Source: Candidatus Latescibacterota bacterium
GTDB taxonomy: Bacteria; Latescibacterota; UBA2968; GCA-2709665
NCBI GenBank assembly: GCA_963667175.2
Contig: CAXXXF010000017.1
Location: forward strand, 32,001-96,000
Direction of reading: 5' to 3'
Length of the DNA: 64,000 nucleotides
Numbering within the stretch: the first letter of the stretch is position 1; every line of letters begins with the position of its first letter. Shown here piece by piece: positions 1-10,297 of this stretch. The notes beneath the pieces are model-generated. The model saw only the letters and a list, made by a program, of their open reading frames with translations, did no database searches and was not told where the DNA came from. The position numbers were made by a program, and so were the translations under genes.

Positions 1-1496
1 CAATAATAATATCCCAGCATAATGCACATCTCGTCGTTCTCGGCCGTGAATCCGAAGCGGATCGTAAAATCCTTGTCGTCGTTTACGTGGGTGCACTCGA
101 ACCTCACCCGCTCTCCCGCCTTGACCTCGAGAGCAGGATTGAAGACGAGCGTTAGCGGCTCGTCCCATTCCTCGCTCCGGTAGATGCGTTCGTCTCCCAG
201 GAAAATATCGAACCGGCGGCCGTGGCGGTGCATGTGCGAGGACAGCATGATCACGTTGACGTCGCGCTCCAGCGTCCAGTTCCGCGCGGTGGTCTCCGTT
301 CGACCCGGCTGTACCGAGATGCCGAAATTGCTGACGAAGATGGGGTTTGCGGCCTCCCTGACGCTGTCGGCGGGCATCGTGTGCAGATTGACGTAAACCT
401 CGCCGATGAGCGTGTTCTCCCCCGAGGTGTTTACGAAATGAGAGTTCAGTTCGTAGACCGCGTCGGCAGGCATGGGAATCGCAATCCCGTCCGGGAGGTC
501 GAACGCCTCCCTGGGCGACTGGCTGCCGATGACGAACCGTTTCCCGAAGATTCCCAGGGCCTCGACCGGATCCAGGTCGCGGATGCCCGGCGGCGGCGGG
601 TTTTCGTTCGTCGCCTGATAGAGAATGAAGTGATGGCTGCCTTCCGGCTGCGCCACCTCGATTTTGGTCACCATCAGGTCATCCGCAACCCCCAAGCGGA
701 TCGTTGAGAAAATCTCGCGTTCGGAACGCGGCGCGATCGCGAATGGTTCCAGGTGAAGCTGTATCCCCCGGGCGGGCGGTGCGGGCGGCTGAAAATAGAA
801 CTCCGTTCCGTGCAGAACCCGATCCAGATCGGGCGCGTCCGCCACCACGCTGTCCCGGGGGGCGCCCGACGCGATCCAGGCCCGGATCGCGTCGATCGCG
901 ACACCGCTCAGGCTGGCATACGATCTGGGCATCCGATCGCCGTACCCCATCCCGGACCCCGTCAGCTTTGTCATCAGGAAACTCTTTCCGGGAACCCCCG
1001 CCTTGACCAGCAGCATCCCCTCTTCCCGCGCCTTCGCATTCTGCGGCGCCCGCCCCACCAGTTGCTCGTAGGCCACGTCGGGTTCGAGCGAAAGCCCGGC
1101 GGCCGCCCAGGCGGAACTGTGGCACGAACTGCTGATGCAGCTTTCGTTGAAGATATGGTCCTGTATCGCCTCGAACGTGGAACGGACGCCCCAGACGTTC
1201 GTTTCTCCCTCCTCGTGGGTGACCTTGCCGAAGTCCGCCGCGAACAACACGAAGTCGTTGAAATCCACGTTCCCGTCGTCGTTCAGATCGAAGCGGACAT
1301 TGGTGGACCCGTACGATTCCGCGAACAGCAGGAAATCCGAAAAGCCGACTTCGCCGTCCCCGTCGAAATCCGCCCCGAGGCTGTGGGCATACGCCGCAAC
1401 CGGTACAAGAAGCAGGACGAATGCGCCCGTGAACACACGGCGGCACGTCTCCGCCTTCGAATGAATGAACCGCATTTGGTGAATCCGATGAAACAT
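1..1496 (-). CDS. Secreted dockerin/EF-hand + cytochrome c-like + copper type II monooxygenase (PHM/DBH-like) protein; stop codon probably just outside the window
   Basis: Not in the ORF track (runs off the edge). My translation from ATG 1496: signal-like VFTGAFVLLLVPVAAYA, DFDGDGEVGFSDFLLF..DLNDDGNVDFNDF, CISSSCH heme-like motif and RMP, then SHHFILY, NSHFVN, SHMH and C-terminal EMCIMLGYYY. Confidence 0.75.
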   Translation of the reverse strand, partial: MFHRIHQMRFIHSKAETCRRVFTGAFVLLLVPVAAYAHSLGADFDGDGEVGFSDFLLFAESYGSTNVRFDLNDDGNVDFNDFVLFAADFGKVTHEEGETNVWGVRSTFEAIQDHIFNESCISSSCHSSAWAAAGLSLEPDVAYEQLVGRAPQNAKAREEGMLLVKAGVPGKSFLMTKLTGSGMGYGDRMPRSYASLSGVAIDAIRAWIASGAPRDSVVADAPDLDRVLHGTEFYFQPPAPPARGIQLHLEPFAIAPRSEREIFSTIRLGVADDLMVTKIEVAQPEGSHHFILYQATNENPPPPGIRDLDPVEALGIFGKRFVIGSQSPREAFDLPDGIAIPMPADAVYELNSHFVNTSGENTLIGEVYVNLHTMPADSVREAANPIFVSNFGISVQPGRTETTARNWTLERDVNVIMLSSHMHRHGRRFDIFLGDERIYRSEEWDEPLTLVFNPALEVKAGERVRFECTHVNDDKDFTIRFGFTAENDEMCIMLGYYY

Positions 1497-1498
1497 GG

Positions 1499-2272
1499 TC
1501 ATTGCCCGCACTGATTGCGCTGAACCGGCCGACGCCCCGCGTCCCCGTACTCGCGCCTGGCTTGCTCCAGAGCCTCCGGAGTTCCGATATCGACCACGGC
1601 GCCGCGAATTCTGTGCGCGTAGACGGGTTCCACATGGCAGAGCCACTCCACAAAGTGGCCCGGCGCGTCCGGCGTCCGGCCGCTCTCGATATATTCGTCG
1701 AACCGCGTCAGCGTCGACGCGGGATATACATAAATGGCCGCCGAGCCCCAGGACGACTCCGGTCGACAGGGTTTTTCGGCAAACTTCACGACCCGGTTGT
1801 CTGCATCCAGCACCGCGATGCCGCGGCGCCTGCGGTCCTCCGGATCGTCCACGCGACCCACGCAGACGTGGGCCGCCGGATTCGCGCGGAAGTCGGCCAC
1901 CAGGTCCTTCAGGCGAAATTGAAGCAGATTGTCCGATCCGCACACCAGAATATCATCCGTTACCGCCCGCGCGCGTATGGCGAACCGGATGTCCCCCACC
2001 GCCCCCAGCCGGTTCTCGTTGGAGGTGGTGCCGTCGTCGATCACGTCGATGTTCAGGCGGCCGTTCCACCCTGCCGCCCACCGCTCGAAGTGGCCGGCGA
2101 ACCGGCGGTTGGTGATCAGATAGACCCCGTCGAGCCCGGGCAAGGACTCGATCTGATCCATCAGATGGTCCACGATCGCGCGCCCGCCCACCTCGAGGAG
2201 CCCTTTCGGGAAATTCAGGGTCAACGGGTACAGGCGGGTGGCGTAACCCGCCGCTATGAGAATCGCTTTCAT
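1499..2272 (-). CDS. Sugar-phosphate nucleotidyltransferase (NTP_transferase family)
   Basis: MKAILIAAGYATRLYPLT..PKGLL motif and DIGT; GGAGGAAG RBS before ATG 2272. Confidence 0.85.
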   Translation of the reverse strand: MKAILIAAGYATRLYPLTLNFPKGLLEVGGRAIVDHLMDQIESLPGLDGVYLITNRRFAGHFERWAAGWNGRLNIDVIDDGTTSNENRLGAVGDIRFAIRARAVTDDILVCGSDNLLQFRLKDLVADFRANPAAHVCVGRVDDPEDRRRRGIAVLDADNRVVKFAEKPCRPESSWGSAAIYVYPASTLTRFDEYIESGRTPDAPGHFVEWLCHVEPVYAHRIRGAVVDIGTPEALEQARREYGDAGRRPVQRNQCGQ

Positions 2273-2415
2273 CTTCCTCCCGTGCCGAAATCTGCTGACA
2301 TTTGCACGCAAGTTAATTATATATGGGACGAATTGCGGGAGCAAGGGATTTATCAAAAATAGCGCCCGCCGGATCTTGTACGGCATTGACGTTGTGCTTC
2401 ATCCCGGAGAAAGCG

Positions 2416-3249
2416 ATGACGGCTTCCGAAATGAAGAACCGTATGCAACCGCTCTGCCCGGCCCTGGACGTCCACGTGCATCCCCTGGACTGCTTCGGAC
2501 TCTACAGGATTGCCGACGTCAGGGAAGACGCGCGCCTGATCATTGAATCCGCCAGGCGCTCGGGAGTGGAAAAGATGTGCCTTTTTTCCCTGCACACCAC
2601 CTGCCCGAGAGAGCCGTCGGTTGAAGCGTTCATGCAGGCGAACGACTATGCTCTGGCGATGCGGGACGTTGCGCCGGAGATCTTTATCCCCTTCTGCTAC
2701 GTCAATCCGATGTACCCGGTCGAATCCGTTGCGGAAATCGACCGCTGCGTCGCAAGCGAGCGTATGTGCGGAATCAAGTTGTGGGTTGCCCGCCGCGCTA
2801 CGGATCCGGGACTGGACCCCATCCTGGAACGGGCCGTACAATTCGGCGTTCCCGTGCTGCAACACGCATGGATCAAGACCAACGGCAATCTTGCGGGTGA
2901 ATCCATTCCGGCCGACGTGGCGCACCTGGCGCGTCGCCACCCGGCGGCCGACATCATCATGGCTCACATGAACGGCTGCGGGCTGGCCGGCATGGAAGAC
3001 GTCGCAGACTGTCCGAACATTCACGTGGACACGTCCGGAGGAGACCCGGACAGCGGAATCGTCGAAGCCGCCGCGGCGACCATCGGGACCGAACGCATCG
3101 TCTACGGATCGGACGCCCCGATCCGCCATTTTGGCGTGCAGCTGGGCAAGACGCTCGGAACCGATCTTCCGGACGCCGTCAAGAAAGAAATCCTGTGGAA
3201 CAACACCGCCCGTCTTCTGCCGGCGTGGGCCGGCGTCGAACCCATCTGA
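2416..3249 (+). CDS. Amidohydrolase family protein (amidohydro_2-like)
   Basis: DVHVH, GIKL, LQH, MAHM and YGSDAP motifs of TIM-barrel metallohydrolases. Confidence 0.8.
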   Translation: MTASEMKNRMQPLCPALDVHVHPLDCFGLYRIADVREDARLIIESARRSGVEKMCLFSLHTTCPREPSVEAFMQANDYALAMRDVAPEIFIPFCYVNPMYPVESVAEIDRCVASERMCGIKLWVARRATDPGLDPILERAVQFGVPVLQHAWIKTNGNLAGESIPADVAHLARRHPAADIIMAHMNGCGLAGMEDVADCPNIHVDTSGGDPDSGIVEAAAATIGTERIVYGSDAPIRHFGVQLGKTLGTDLPDAVKKEILWNNTARLLPAWAGVEPI

Positions 3250-3358
3250 ACGGTTGTCGCGGGACCGGAGCAGCGCGGGTCCGGCAGGCCCTATCAGCCC
3301 GTTGAACAAGTCCATCCGGGCTGCTATCGGAACTGGAATCCACGCAGCGGAGAACGCC

Positions 3359-4111
3359 ATGATCATCGACGTCAACGCCTACACCGGACACTGGCCAACC
3401 CATCCCGTCGAGGGCGCGCTGGGCCGGGTGCGCGCATCGCTGAAAGAATACGGGGTGGACCGCATCTGCGTCTCGCCGCTCGACGCCGCCTGGTGCCGCA
3501 ACCCCCATCGGTTCAACGACGACCTCTACGCCGCCGCGGGAGAAACCGACGACGTCTGGCCCGTACCCGTCCTGGATCCGACGATCGCCACGTGGCGGGG
3601 CGAACTCGAGCGGGCGAAAGCGCAGCCGCGGGTCCGGCTGGTCAAACTCCTGCCCGCCTTTTCCGGCTTCGATCTGAACTTCGCGTCCGACCTGTTCGCC
3701 GCCCTGGCCGGCGCCGGGCTCGGGGTCATCGTCCAGACCCGGCTCGAGGATCCCCGCCGTCAGCATCCGCTCGCGCAGATTCCCGACGTCCCCGCCGCCG
3801 AAATCGCGGACGCCGCGGAACGCCACGCCGATCTTCTCGTGATCATCGGCGGTCCGCGAACGGGCGAGATCCGGGCGCTCGCGGACAGGTTCCTGGACCT
3901 GCCCAACCTGTACGCGGACGTTTCCCAGTCGGACGGCATGGACGCCGTAAAGGCGCTGGTCGAAGACGGCCTGCGGGACCGATTGCTGTTCGGCTCTCAC
4001 GCGCCGCTCTTCATCCCATACTCGGCCCTCTCGCGCGTGGTCACGGACCTTTCCGACGACGACGCATCGGCCATCCTCGGCGGGAACGCCGGGCGAATCA
4101 TCGATTGGTAA
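3359..4111 (+). CDS. Amidohydrolase-like protein with degenerate metal site
   Basis: MIIDVNAYTGHWP ... LLFGSHAPL ... ILGGNA; the HxH is replaced by NAY. Confidence 0.75.
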   Translation: MIIDVNAYTGHWPTHPVEGALGRVRASLKEYGVDRICVSPLDAAWCRNPHRFNDDLYAAAGETDDVWPVPVLDPTIATWRGELERAKAQPRVRLVKLLPAFSGFDLNFASDLFAALAGAGLGVIVQTRLEDPRRQHPLAQIPDVPAAEIADAAERHADLLVIIGGPRTGEIRALADRFLDLPNLYADVSQSDGMDAVKALVEDGLRDRLLFGSHAPLFIPYSALSRVVTDLSDDDASAILGGNAGRIIDW

Positions 4112-4178
4112 CAGGAGTTCCGGGTGGACCTCACGACGTTGAGAGACAGGCTGAAACCGCCCGGACGAAAGGCTTGAC

Positions 4179-4901
4179 GTGAAAAAAAAGAAAATCCTCA
4201 TCACCGGCGCCGCGGGCAGAATCGGACGCGTTCTGCGAGAGGGATTGAAGGACGACTACCGCCTCAGGCTGCTGTGCCACAACACGGTCATGCCGGCCCG
4301 ACCCGGCGAAGAGGCGCATATTTCAGGCATTACGGATCTGGACAACGTGGTCCAGGCGGTGGACGGCGTGGACGGCGTGGTCCACATGGCAGGGAATCCG
4401 AACGGAAACGCCTCCTTCGAAGACATCCTCGAGGCCAATATCCGCGGCGTCTACACCGTGTACGAGGCGGCCCGCCGGACCGGCGCCGGCCGCGTCGTGT
4501 TCGCCAGCAGCAACCACGTTACCGGATTTTACGAAAAGAACGGGATCGGCGCCACGACCGAGGTGAACGCGCGGCCCGACAGTTTCTACGGCGCGAGCAA
4601 GGCCTACGGCGAAGACCTGGGCCGGTACTACGCGGACGCCTTCGGACTCTCGGTGATCTGCCTGCGCATCGGATCCTTTCAACCCGCTGATGCGGTCATC
4701 AACCGAACGAGCGACCGGATCCTCGCGTCCTGGATCAGCCACCGCGACACCGTCCAACTCGTGCGGCGCAGCATCGAAACCGACGTTCACTTCGGCATCT
4801 ATTACGGCATATCGAACAATACCCGCGCGTACTGGGACCTCCGAAACGCCCGCGAGGAACTCGGCTACGCCCCGGAAGACGACGCCGAGACCCACGCCTG
4901 A
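4179..4901 (+). CDS. NAD-dependent epimerase/dehydratase (uronate dehydrogenase-like)
   Basis: ITGAAGRIG Rossmann motif, FASSNHVTG, YGASK, LRIGSF and WISHRD, typical of Udh-like SDRs. Confidence 0.8.
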   Translation: MKKKKILITGAAGRIGRVLREGLKDDYRLRLLCHNTVMPARPGEEAHISGITDLDNVVQAVDGVDGVVHMAGNPNGNASFEDILEANIRGVYTVYEAARRTGAGRVVFASSNHVTGFYEKNGIGATTEVNARPDSFYGASKAYGEDLGRYYADAFGLSVICLRIGSFQPADAVINRTSDRILASWISHRDTVQLVRRSIETDVHFGIYYGISNNTRAYWDLRNAREELGYAPEDDAETHA

Positions 4902-4948
4902 GGTCCGGACCGGAAACAGCCGTACGCGCCGCCGGTTCGTTTCCGGAT

Positions 4949-5628
4949 TCAGAGATACCCCATCAGATCGGTCAGTCCGCCCAGAACGAAATCGGCGCCG
5001 CCGTGGCGCTGACGGGCGGTGAAGAAATTCGGTACCGCGAATACGGTCATTCCAGCGGCCTTGCCTGCCCGGACTCCCGCCTCGCTGTCTTCGATGACCG
5101 CACACCGAACCGGTTCGACGTTCAATCTCCCGGCCGTCAACAGATAGATCTCCGGCGCCGGTTTCAGACGTTCCACGTCGCTGCCCGACAGCATCGCGTC
5201 GAACACGTCGGACAGCGTGTCGACGCCATCCATTCTGGACAGCAGGGCGCTGTTCAGTGTTTTCATCATTCGCTCACGCCGCGTGGACGACGCCACCCCG
5301 AGCCGGTAAGCGCGGGCCCGGACGTGCGCCAACAGCTCCTGGAATCCCGGCATCAACAACACCCGTTCCGGGCTTGAGACCGCTTCCTCGAATCGACCCA
5401 TCCAGATGTCGCGGAACACGGCGGGCGCCACGTCCAACCCGTATCGCTCCACGGCGTACGCGCTGTTGTCCTCAACGGGATGGCCCACGCAGACCGCATA
5501 GTCGCTCCGGCTCATCCCGGCGCCGAATCACCCAGCGTGGCATTGAACGTATCGCAGTATACCGCCTCGGAATCGACGATGACGCCGTCGACGTCGAATA
5601 TGATGGCATCAAACGTCCTGTCTGCCAC
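4949..5628 (-). CDS. HAD-family phosphatase (beta-PGM-like), apparent 1-nt frameshift near 5527
   Basis: GTG 5628 gives ADRTFDAIIFDVDGVIVDSE in one frame; the ORF-track part has ASS, KPAPEIY and IEDSEAG. One extra T joins the two. Confidence 0.75.
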
Positions 5629-5801
5629 ACATTGACCCTCCGGTAACGCCGTGGACCGCAGCCTGCCGGGAGATTTCATCGACCCGCCCGCGGCAATCCG
5701 GACGCCCGGCGAACTCGCAGCAAAAAACGGGGCGTGCCACGATGGATGCCCCGAGCGATCGACAATATTGAAGGGGCGGCGGACGATGTCAAGAATTTTC
5801 C

Positions 5802-6533
5802 TTGTCTCATGTCCCTGTTTTCCATTACTTCACTTGCGTTCGCCGGAATCCCGTCACACCCGCCCGACCGGAGCCCGCCTTGTCCCCCGGAGACCCCGAC
5901 ATGCTGGAAGGCATTCCTTCCGCGCCGGCAGATCGGATGCCGCTCTGGCGCGAAGACGGCAGGACGCTGCAGATCAACGAGATCTTCTACTCCATAGAAG
6001 GCGAAGGCCTGCGCGTGGGCCAACCCACCACGTTCGTGCGCCTCGCCCGATGCAACCTGCGCTGCTTCTTCTGCGACACCGAATTCGATTCATACACCGA
6101 GCTGGATATCGACGAAATCCTGGCCGAAGTCGGGCGCCACACCGCCTCATGGGTCTGCCTGACGGGCGGAGAACCCCTTGGCCAGAACATCGGCCCGCTT
6201 TGCCGGCAACTCCGGTCCGCCAACTACCGCATCCACGTCGAAACCAACGGCGCGATGGATCCGGACCCGGAACTCTACGATCTGATCGAGCACTGGACCG
6301 TCTCCCCCAAGAAGAAGACCATTGCCGGCGGCCTCAGCTATATCACCGAACTGAAATACGTGGTCGGCAGATCCTTCCACGAAGATATCGTGGAGGAAGC
6401 CCGCGCAGAATTCGTCTACCTCCAGCCCGAGTCGAGCAAACCCGAGTACATACGCAAAGCCCTGGATATCCTGACCCGTCACCCCTCGTGGCGGCTCTCG
6501 TGCCGGATCCACAAGATGCTCCACCTGCCCTGA
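5802..6533 (+). CDS. queE: 7-carboxy-7-deazaguanine synthase (radical SAM); start uncertain
   Basis: INEIFYSIEGEG, CNLRCFFCD, LTGGEP, HVETNG, VSPK, YLQP, WRLS..HK. Confidence 0.85.
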   Translation: MSHVPVFHYFTCVRRNPVTPARPEPALSPGDPDMLEGIPSAPADRMPLWREDGRTLQINEIFYSIEGEGLRVGQPTTFVRLARCNLRCFFCDTEFDSYTELDIDEILAEVGRHTASWVCLTGGEPLGQNIGPLCRQLRSANYRIHVETNGAMDPDPELYDLIEHWTVSPKKKTIAGGLSYITELKYVVGRSFHEDIVEEARAEFVYLQPESSKPEYIRKALDILTRHPSWRLSCRIHKMLHLP

Positions 6534-6644
6534 TGTTCCGTCCTGGATGAAAACCGGAACTGGAATCCGAAACGACGCGCACCAAGGTCGTGTTCACGGA
6601 CCCGATACCCCCTTTTTCGATGCGATGATTTCGGGAGTTTTCGC

Positions 6645-6673
6645 TTGACATCCCGTCCACGATAATATAAATT
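6645..6673 (+). promoter_or_regulatory. Putative sigma70 promoter of the thrS operon leader
   Basis: TTGACA (6645-6650), 17 nt, TAAATT in a locally AT-rich patch. Confidence 0.5.
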
Positions 6674-6765
6674 TGGCTGATAGGTTAATTGCGTACCTGC
6701 GAACCTTCTTGCGGAGGAGTATCAACGGAAAGGGCCGTTTGTCACAAGGTGCTTTGCTGATTTCG

Positions 6766-6796
6766 ACGCGCAAGAAGGAAGGTCGCGCGTTTTTTT
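6766..6796 (+). terminator. Intrinsic terminator-like hairpin in the thrS leader
   Basis: ACGCGC..GCGCGT stem followed by a T run. Confidence 0.4.
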
Positions 6797-6957
6797 ATTA
6801 TAGCGGGATGCCGTACAACCGGTTCATCGAGCGCCGAACGGCATTTCCATCGTGGCATCGCAGGGGCTCAGGCCGTTCTCGGAACAGGCCGCTGTCGGCG
6901 GGTCGCGATTCGACTCGCTACCGATACCGGATAAGGGCCGGTAATTCGACGGGAACC

Positions 6958-8895
6958 ATGTCTGAAAACGAAAAAATCACGGTCACACTGCCCGACGGCT
7001 CGCGAAAAGACGTTCGCGCCGGCGTCACCGTCCTGCAGGTGGCCGAATCCATCGGATCGGGTCTTGCGCGCGCGGCGTTGGCCGGCAAGGTCAACGGCCG
7101 GGCCATGGATCTCACAACGTCACTGGATGGCAACGCCGACCTGGAGATTCTCACGTTCTCCAGCGACGCCGGCAAGGAAGTGTACTGGCACAGCACGGCC
7201 CATATTATGGCGCAAGCGGTACAGGACCTGTTTCCGGACGTGAAAGTCACGCTGGGCCCGCCCATCGAAAAAGGCTTCTATTACGACTTCGACCGGGAAA
7301 AGCCATTCACGCCGGATGAATTGCGCCGGATCGAAGTCCGCATGCGCGAACTCATTGCGGAAGCCCAGCCGTTCGAACGCCAGGAGATCACCCGGGAGGC
7401 CGCGATCGAACTGTTCGGAGCGCGCGGCGAAACCTACAAACTGGAAATCCTGGAGGAAATCGAACCCGGCGAGACCATCAGCATCTATAAGAATGCAGAC
7501 AAGTGGCTGGACCTCTGCCGTGGGCCGCATGTCCCCGACACCGGCCGCATCAAGTCGGTCAAACTGCTGAGTTCCTCGGGCGCATACTGGCGGGGAGACG
7601 AAAACAACGTGATGCTCCAGCGCATCTACGGCATCTCGTTTCCGGGCCGGAAAGACCTCGACGCCTATTTGGAGTACCTGGAAGAAGCCAGGAACCGCGA
7701 CCACCGCGACATCGGCACGCGCCTCGATCTCTTTTCGATCAACGATACCGCCGGACCCGGCCTGGTGCTCTGGCATCCAAAAGGCGCGCGAATCAGGAAC
7801 CAGATCGAAGACTTCTGGCGCGAAGCGCACTACGACGGCGGATACGATCTGGTCGGTTCGCCCCATATCGGCCGCTCCCGGCTCTGGGAAACCAGCGGCC
7901 ATCTGGATTTTTTCCAGGAGAACATGTACCCCCCGATGGATGTCGACGGTCAGGCCTATTTCGCCAAACCGATGAATTGCCCCTTCCACATCCTCATCTA
8001 CAAATCGAGGCGGCGCAGTTACCGGGAGCTTCCCTTTCGATGGGCGGAGCTGGGCACCGTCTACCGCTACGAAATGGTCGGCACGCTTCACGGCCTGCTG
8101 CGGGTGCGCGGATTCACCCAGGACGACGCCCATATCTTCTGTCGCCCGGACCAGGTGGAGGAGGAAGTCGCACGGGTTATCGACTTCACGATGTTCATCC
8201 TCAAGTCATTCGGCTTTGAGGACTTCAACGTTTACATCTCGACGCGGCCCGATAAAGCGGTTGGAGATCCCGCCGACTGGGATAGAGCCACCGACGCCCT
8301 CAAGCGGGCCGTCGACACCCAGAAGTTGCCGTATCGGATCGACGAAGGCGCCGGCGCATTCTACGGCCCCAAGATCGACGTGACCATCAACGACGCCCTG
8401 AACAGGGAATGGCAATGCACCACCATTCAGTTTGATTTTAACCTTCCGGAACGCTTCGACCTCAGCTTTGTCGGACCCGACGGGAAATTTCACCGCCCGT
8501 ATATGGTCCATCGCGCCCTTCTGGGCGCGATGGAACGGTTCTTCGGCCTGCTGATCGAGCATTACGCGGGGAACTTCCCGCTCTGGCTTGCGCCCGTGCA
8601 GGCCGTCGTACTTCCCGTATCCGATCCCTTTGTCGAATACGCCGGCCAGGTCGCCAGCCGCCTCAACAGCGCGGGTCTCCGCGCCGAAGTGGACCCGCAG
8701 GACGCGAAACTCGGATTCAAGATCCGCGAGGCCGAAGTGCAGAAAATTCCGTACATGATCATTGTGGGAAAACAGGAAGTCGCCGCGCAGACCATTTCGG
8801 TCCGCAGACATGGCGCCGGCGACCTCGGAAGGATGTCCACGCTCAATCTGATTGCCAGGATGCAGCAGGAAGTCGAGACGAAGAGCGCCACCTGA
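6958..8895 (+). CDS. thrS: Threonine--tRNA ligase
   Basis: TGS N-terminus, HSTAHI, DLCRGPH, GAYWRGD, KPMNCPFH, RVRGFTQDDAH, FYGPKID. Confidence 0.98.
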   Translation: MSENEKITVTLPDGSRKDVRAGVTVLQVAESIGSGLARAALAGKVNGRAMDLTTSLDGNADLEILTFSSDAGKEVYWHSTAHIMAQAVQDLFPDVKVTLGPPIEKGFYYDFDREKPFTPDELRRIEVRMRELIAEAQPFERQEITREAAIELFGARGETYKLEILEEIEPGETISIYKNADKWLDLCRGPHVPDTGRIKSVKLLSSSGAYWRGDENNVMLQRIYGISFPGRKDLDAYLEYLEEARNRDHRDIGTRLDLFSINDTAGPGLVLWHPKGARIRNQIEDFWREAHYDGGYDLVGSPHIGRSRLWETSGHLDFFQENMYPPMDVDGQAYFAKPMNCPFHILIYKSRRRSYRELPFRWAELGTVYRYEMVGTLHGLLRVRGFTQDDAHIFCRPDQVEEEVARVIDFTMFILKSFGFEDFNVYISTRPDKAVGDPADWDRATDALKRAVDTQKLPYRIDEGAGAFYGPKIDVTINDALNREWQCTTIQFDFNLPERFDLSFVGPDGKFHRPYMVHRALLGAMERFFGLLIEHYAGNFPLWLAPVQAVVLPVSDPFVEYAGQVASRLNSAGLRAEVDPQDAKLGFKIREAEVQKIPYMIIVGKQEVAAQTISVRRHGAGDLGRMSTLNLIARMQQEVETKSAT

Positions 8896-8953
8896 GTCCC
8901 TATTTTTCCAATTTGGCCCAAGACGGCACGGACCAATTTCGGAGGTGATCGGT

Positions 8954-9490
8954 ATCAACAGAGGTCGAAGAGTTTTCAGAGATCGAAAGCAGGAAAGAGC
9001 GCCCCGCGTCAACGAGCAGATCCGCGTACCTCAAATCCGACTGGTCGACAAAGACGGCGAACAGGTCGGCATTGTTGAAACCCGGAAGGCGATGGAAATG
9101 GCAATGGAAGCCGAACTCGACCTCGTCGAAGTCGCTCCCAACGCCCGCCCGCCGGTCTGCCGGATCATGAATTACGGAAAGTACCGATATGAGCAGAGCA
9201 AGAAGCAGAAGAAAGGCAAAAAGAGCGGGTCGCAACTGAAAGAGATACGTCTGGGCCCCCGAATCAGCGACCACGATTACGAATTCAAGATGCGCCACGC
9301 CGAAAACTTCCTGAAACACCGGCACAAAGTCAGGATCACCGTGGAGTTCCGCGGCCGGCAGAATATGTATCGAATGCAGGGCAGACAGCTGCTGGAACGC
9401 GCCGAAGAGGACCTCCGGGAGATCGGCGCCGCCGAAGTGCCTATCAAGGACGAGGGTCGCAACATCGTCATCATTATCGCTCCGAAATAA
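8954..9490 (+). CDS. infC: Translation initiation factor IF-3 (probable ATC start)
   Basis: RVNEQI..LDLVEVAPNARPPVCRIMNYGKY; GGAGGTG SD at 8941 followed by in-frame ATC at 8954. Confidence 0.95.
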   Translation: MNRGRRVFRDRKQERAPRVNEQIRVPQIRLVDKDGEQVGIVETRKAMEMAMEAELDLVEVAPNARPPVCRIMNYGKYRYEQSKKQKKGKKSGSQLKEIRLGPRISDHDYEFKMRHAENFLKHRHKVRITVEFRGRQNMYRMQGRQLLERAEEDLREIGAAEVPIKDEGRNIVIIIAPK

Positions 9491-9631
9491 CGTTCGCCGA
9501 CGGCGCCGGCACACGAGGAATCGGAACGCGACGCCGGGGAAGACCCGGACGTCTCCGGTTCGCCCGGTCCGGCCCTTCGTCGCCGCCCCTCTCGCGTGCG
9601 GCGAAATACGAACCTTCCCAAGGAGTTGGAC

Positions 9632-9826
9632 GTGCCTAAAATGAAAACCCATCGGGGAGCCGCGAAACGGTTCAAGCGCCGGAAATCCGGTACGATCGGC
9701 CGCGGAAAGTCAACGGTCACGCATAACCTGACGAGCAAGAGCAGCAAACGCAAGATGCACCTTCGAAAGTCCACGGTGGTGCACAAATCGGACCAGGACC
9801 GGGTACAGCGCCTGCTGCCCAACTGA
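9632..9826 (+). CDS. rpmI: 50S ribosomal protein L35
   Basis: (M)[14 protein letters not shown]; AGGAG RBS; conserved gene order. Confidence 0.95.
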   Translation: MPKMKTHRGAAKRFKRRKSGTIGRGKSTVTHNLTSKSSKRKMHLRKSTVVHKSDQDRVQRLLPN

Positions 9827-9943
9827 CAGGCCGCTACGCCCCGAAAACGCAAGTACTCTTCCCGCGTCCGTTCGGATTTTGAGTTGAGGCTACGGCGGAC
9901 CGGAGGCAAAGACCGCGCCAGGCGTTGCCAGGAGACCATCGAT

Positions 9944-10297
9944 ATGGCCAGAACAACGAATAGCGTCGCATCCCGGCGCAGACGGAAAAAGATCCTGAAA
10001 GCCGCGCGAGGCTACCGCGGAGGACGGAGCAAGCTCTATCGCACCGCGGACGACGCCGTTCATCGTGCGCTTTCCTATGCATACAGGGACCGTCGCCAGA
10101 AAAAGAGGAATTTCCGCTCGCTGTGGATCGTTCGAATCAATGCCGCGGCCCGGCTTAACGGACTCTCGTACAGCAGCCTGATCAACGGTCTCAAGAAAGC
10201 CGATATAGCCGTTGACAGAAAAGTCCTGGCCAACCTCGCCGTCACGGATGCAACTGCGTTCACGGCGCTTGCGGAACAGGCTCGACGAGCCCTGTAG
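9944..10297 (+). CDS. rplT: 50S ribosomal protein L20
   Basis: [48 protein letters not shown]. Confidence 0.98.
   Translation: MARTTNSVASRRRRKKILKAARGYRGGRSKLYRTADDAVHRALSYAYRDRRQKKRNFRSLWIVRINAAARLNGLSYSSLINGLKKADIAVDRKVLANLAVTDATAFTALAEQARRAL

Noticed and set aside
5802-6533. queE as part of a 7-deazaguanine DNA-modification (dpd) system
   Set aside because: No dpdA/tgt-like, queC or queD neighbours; a housekeeping queuosine role is more parsimonious.
6673-6957. T-box, or a 95-aa N-terminal extension of ThrS
   Set aside because: No T-box consensus; ThrS homology starts at MSENEK (6958).
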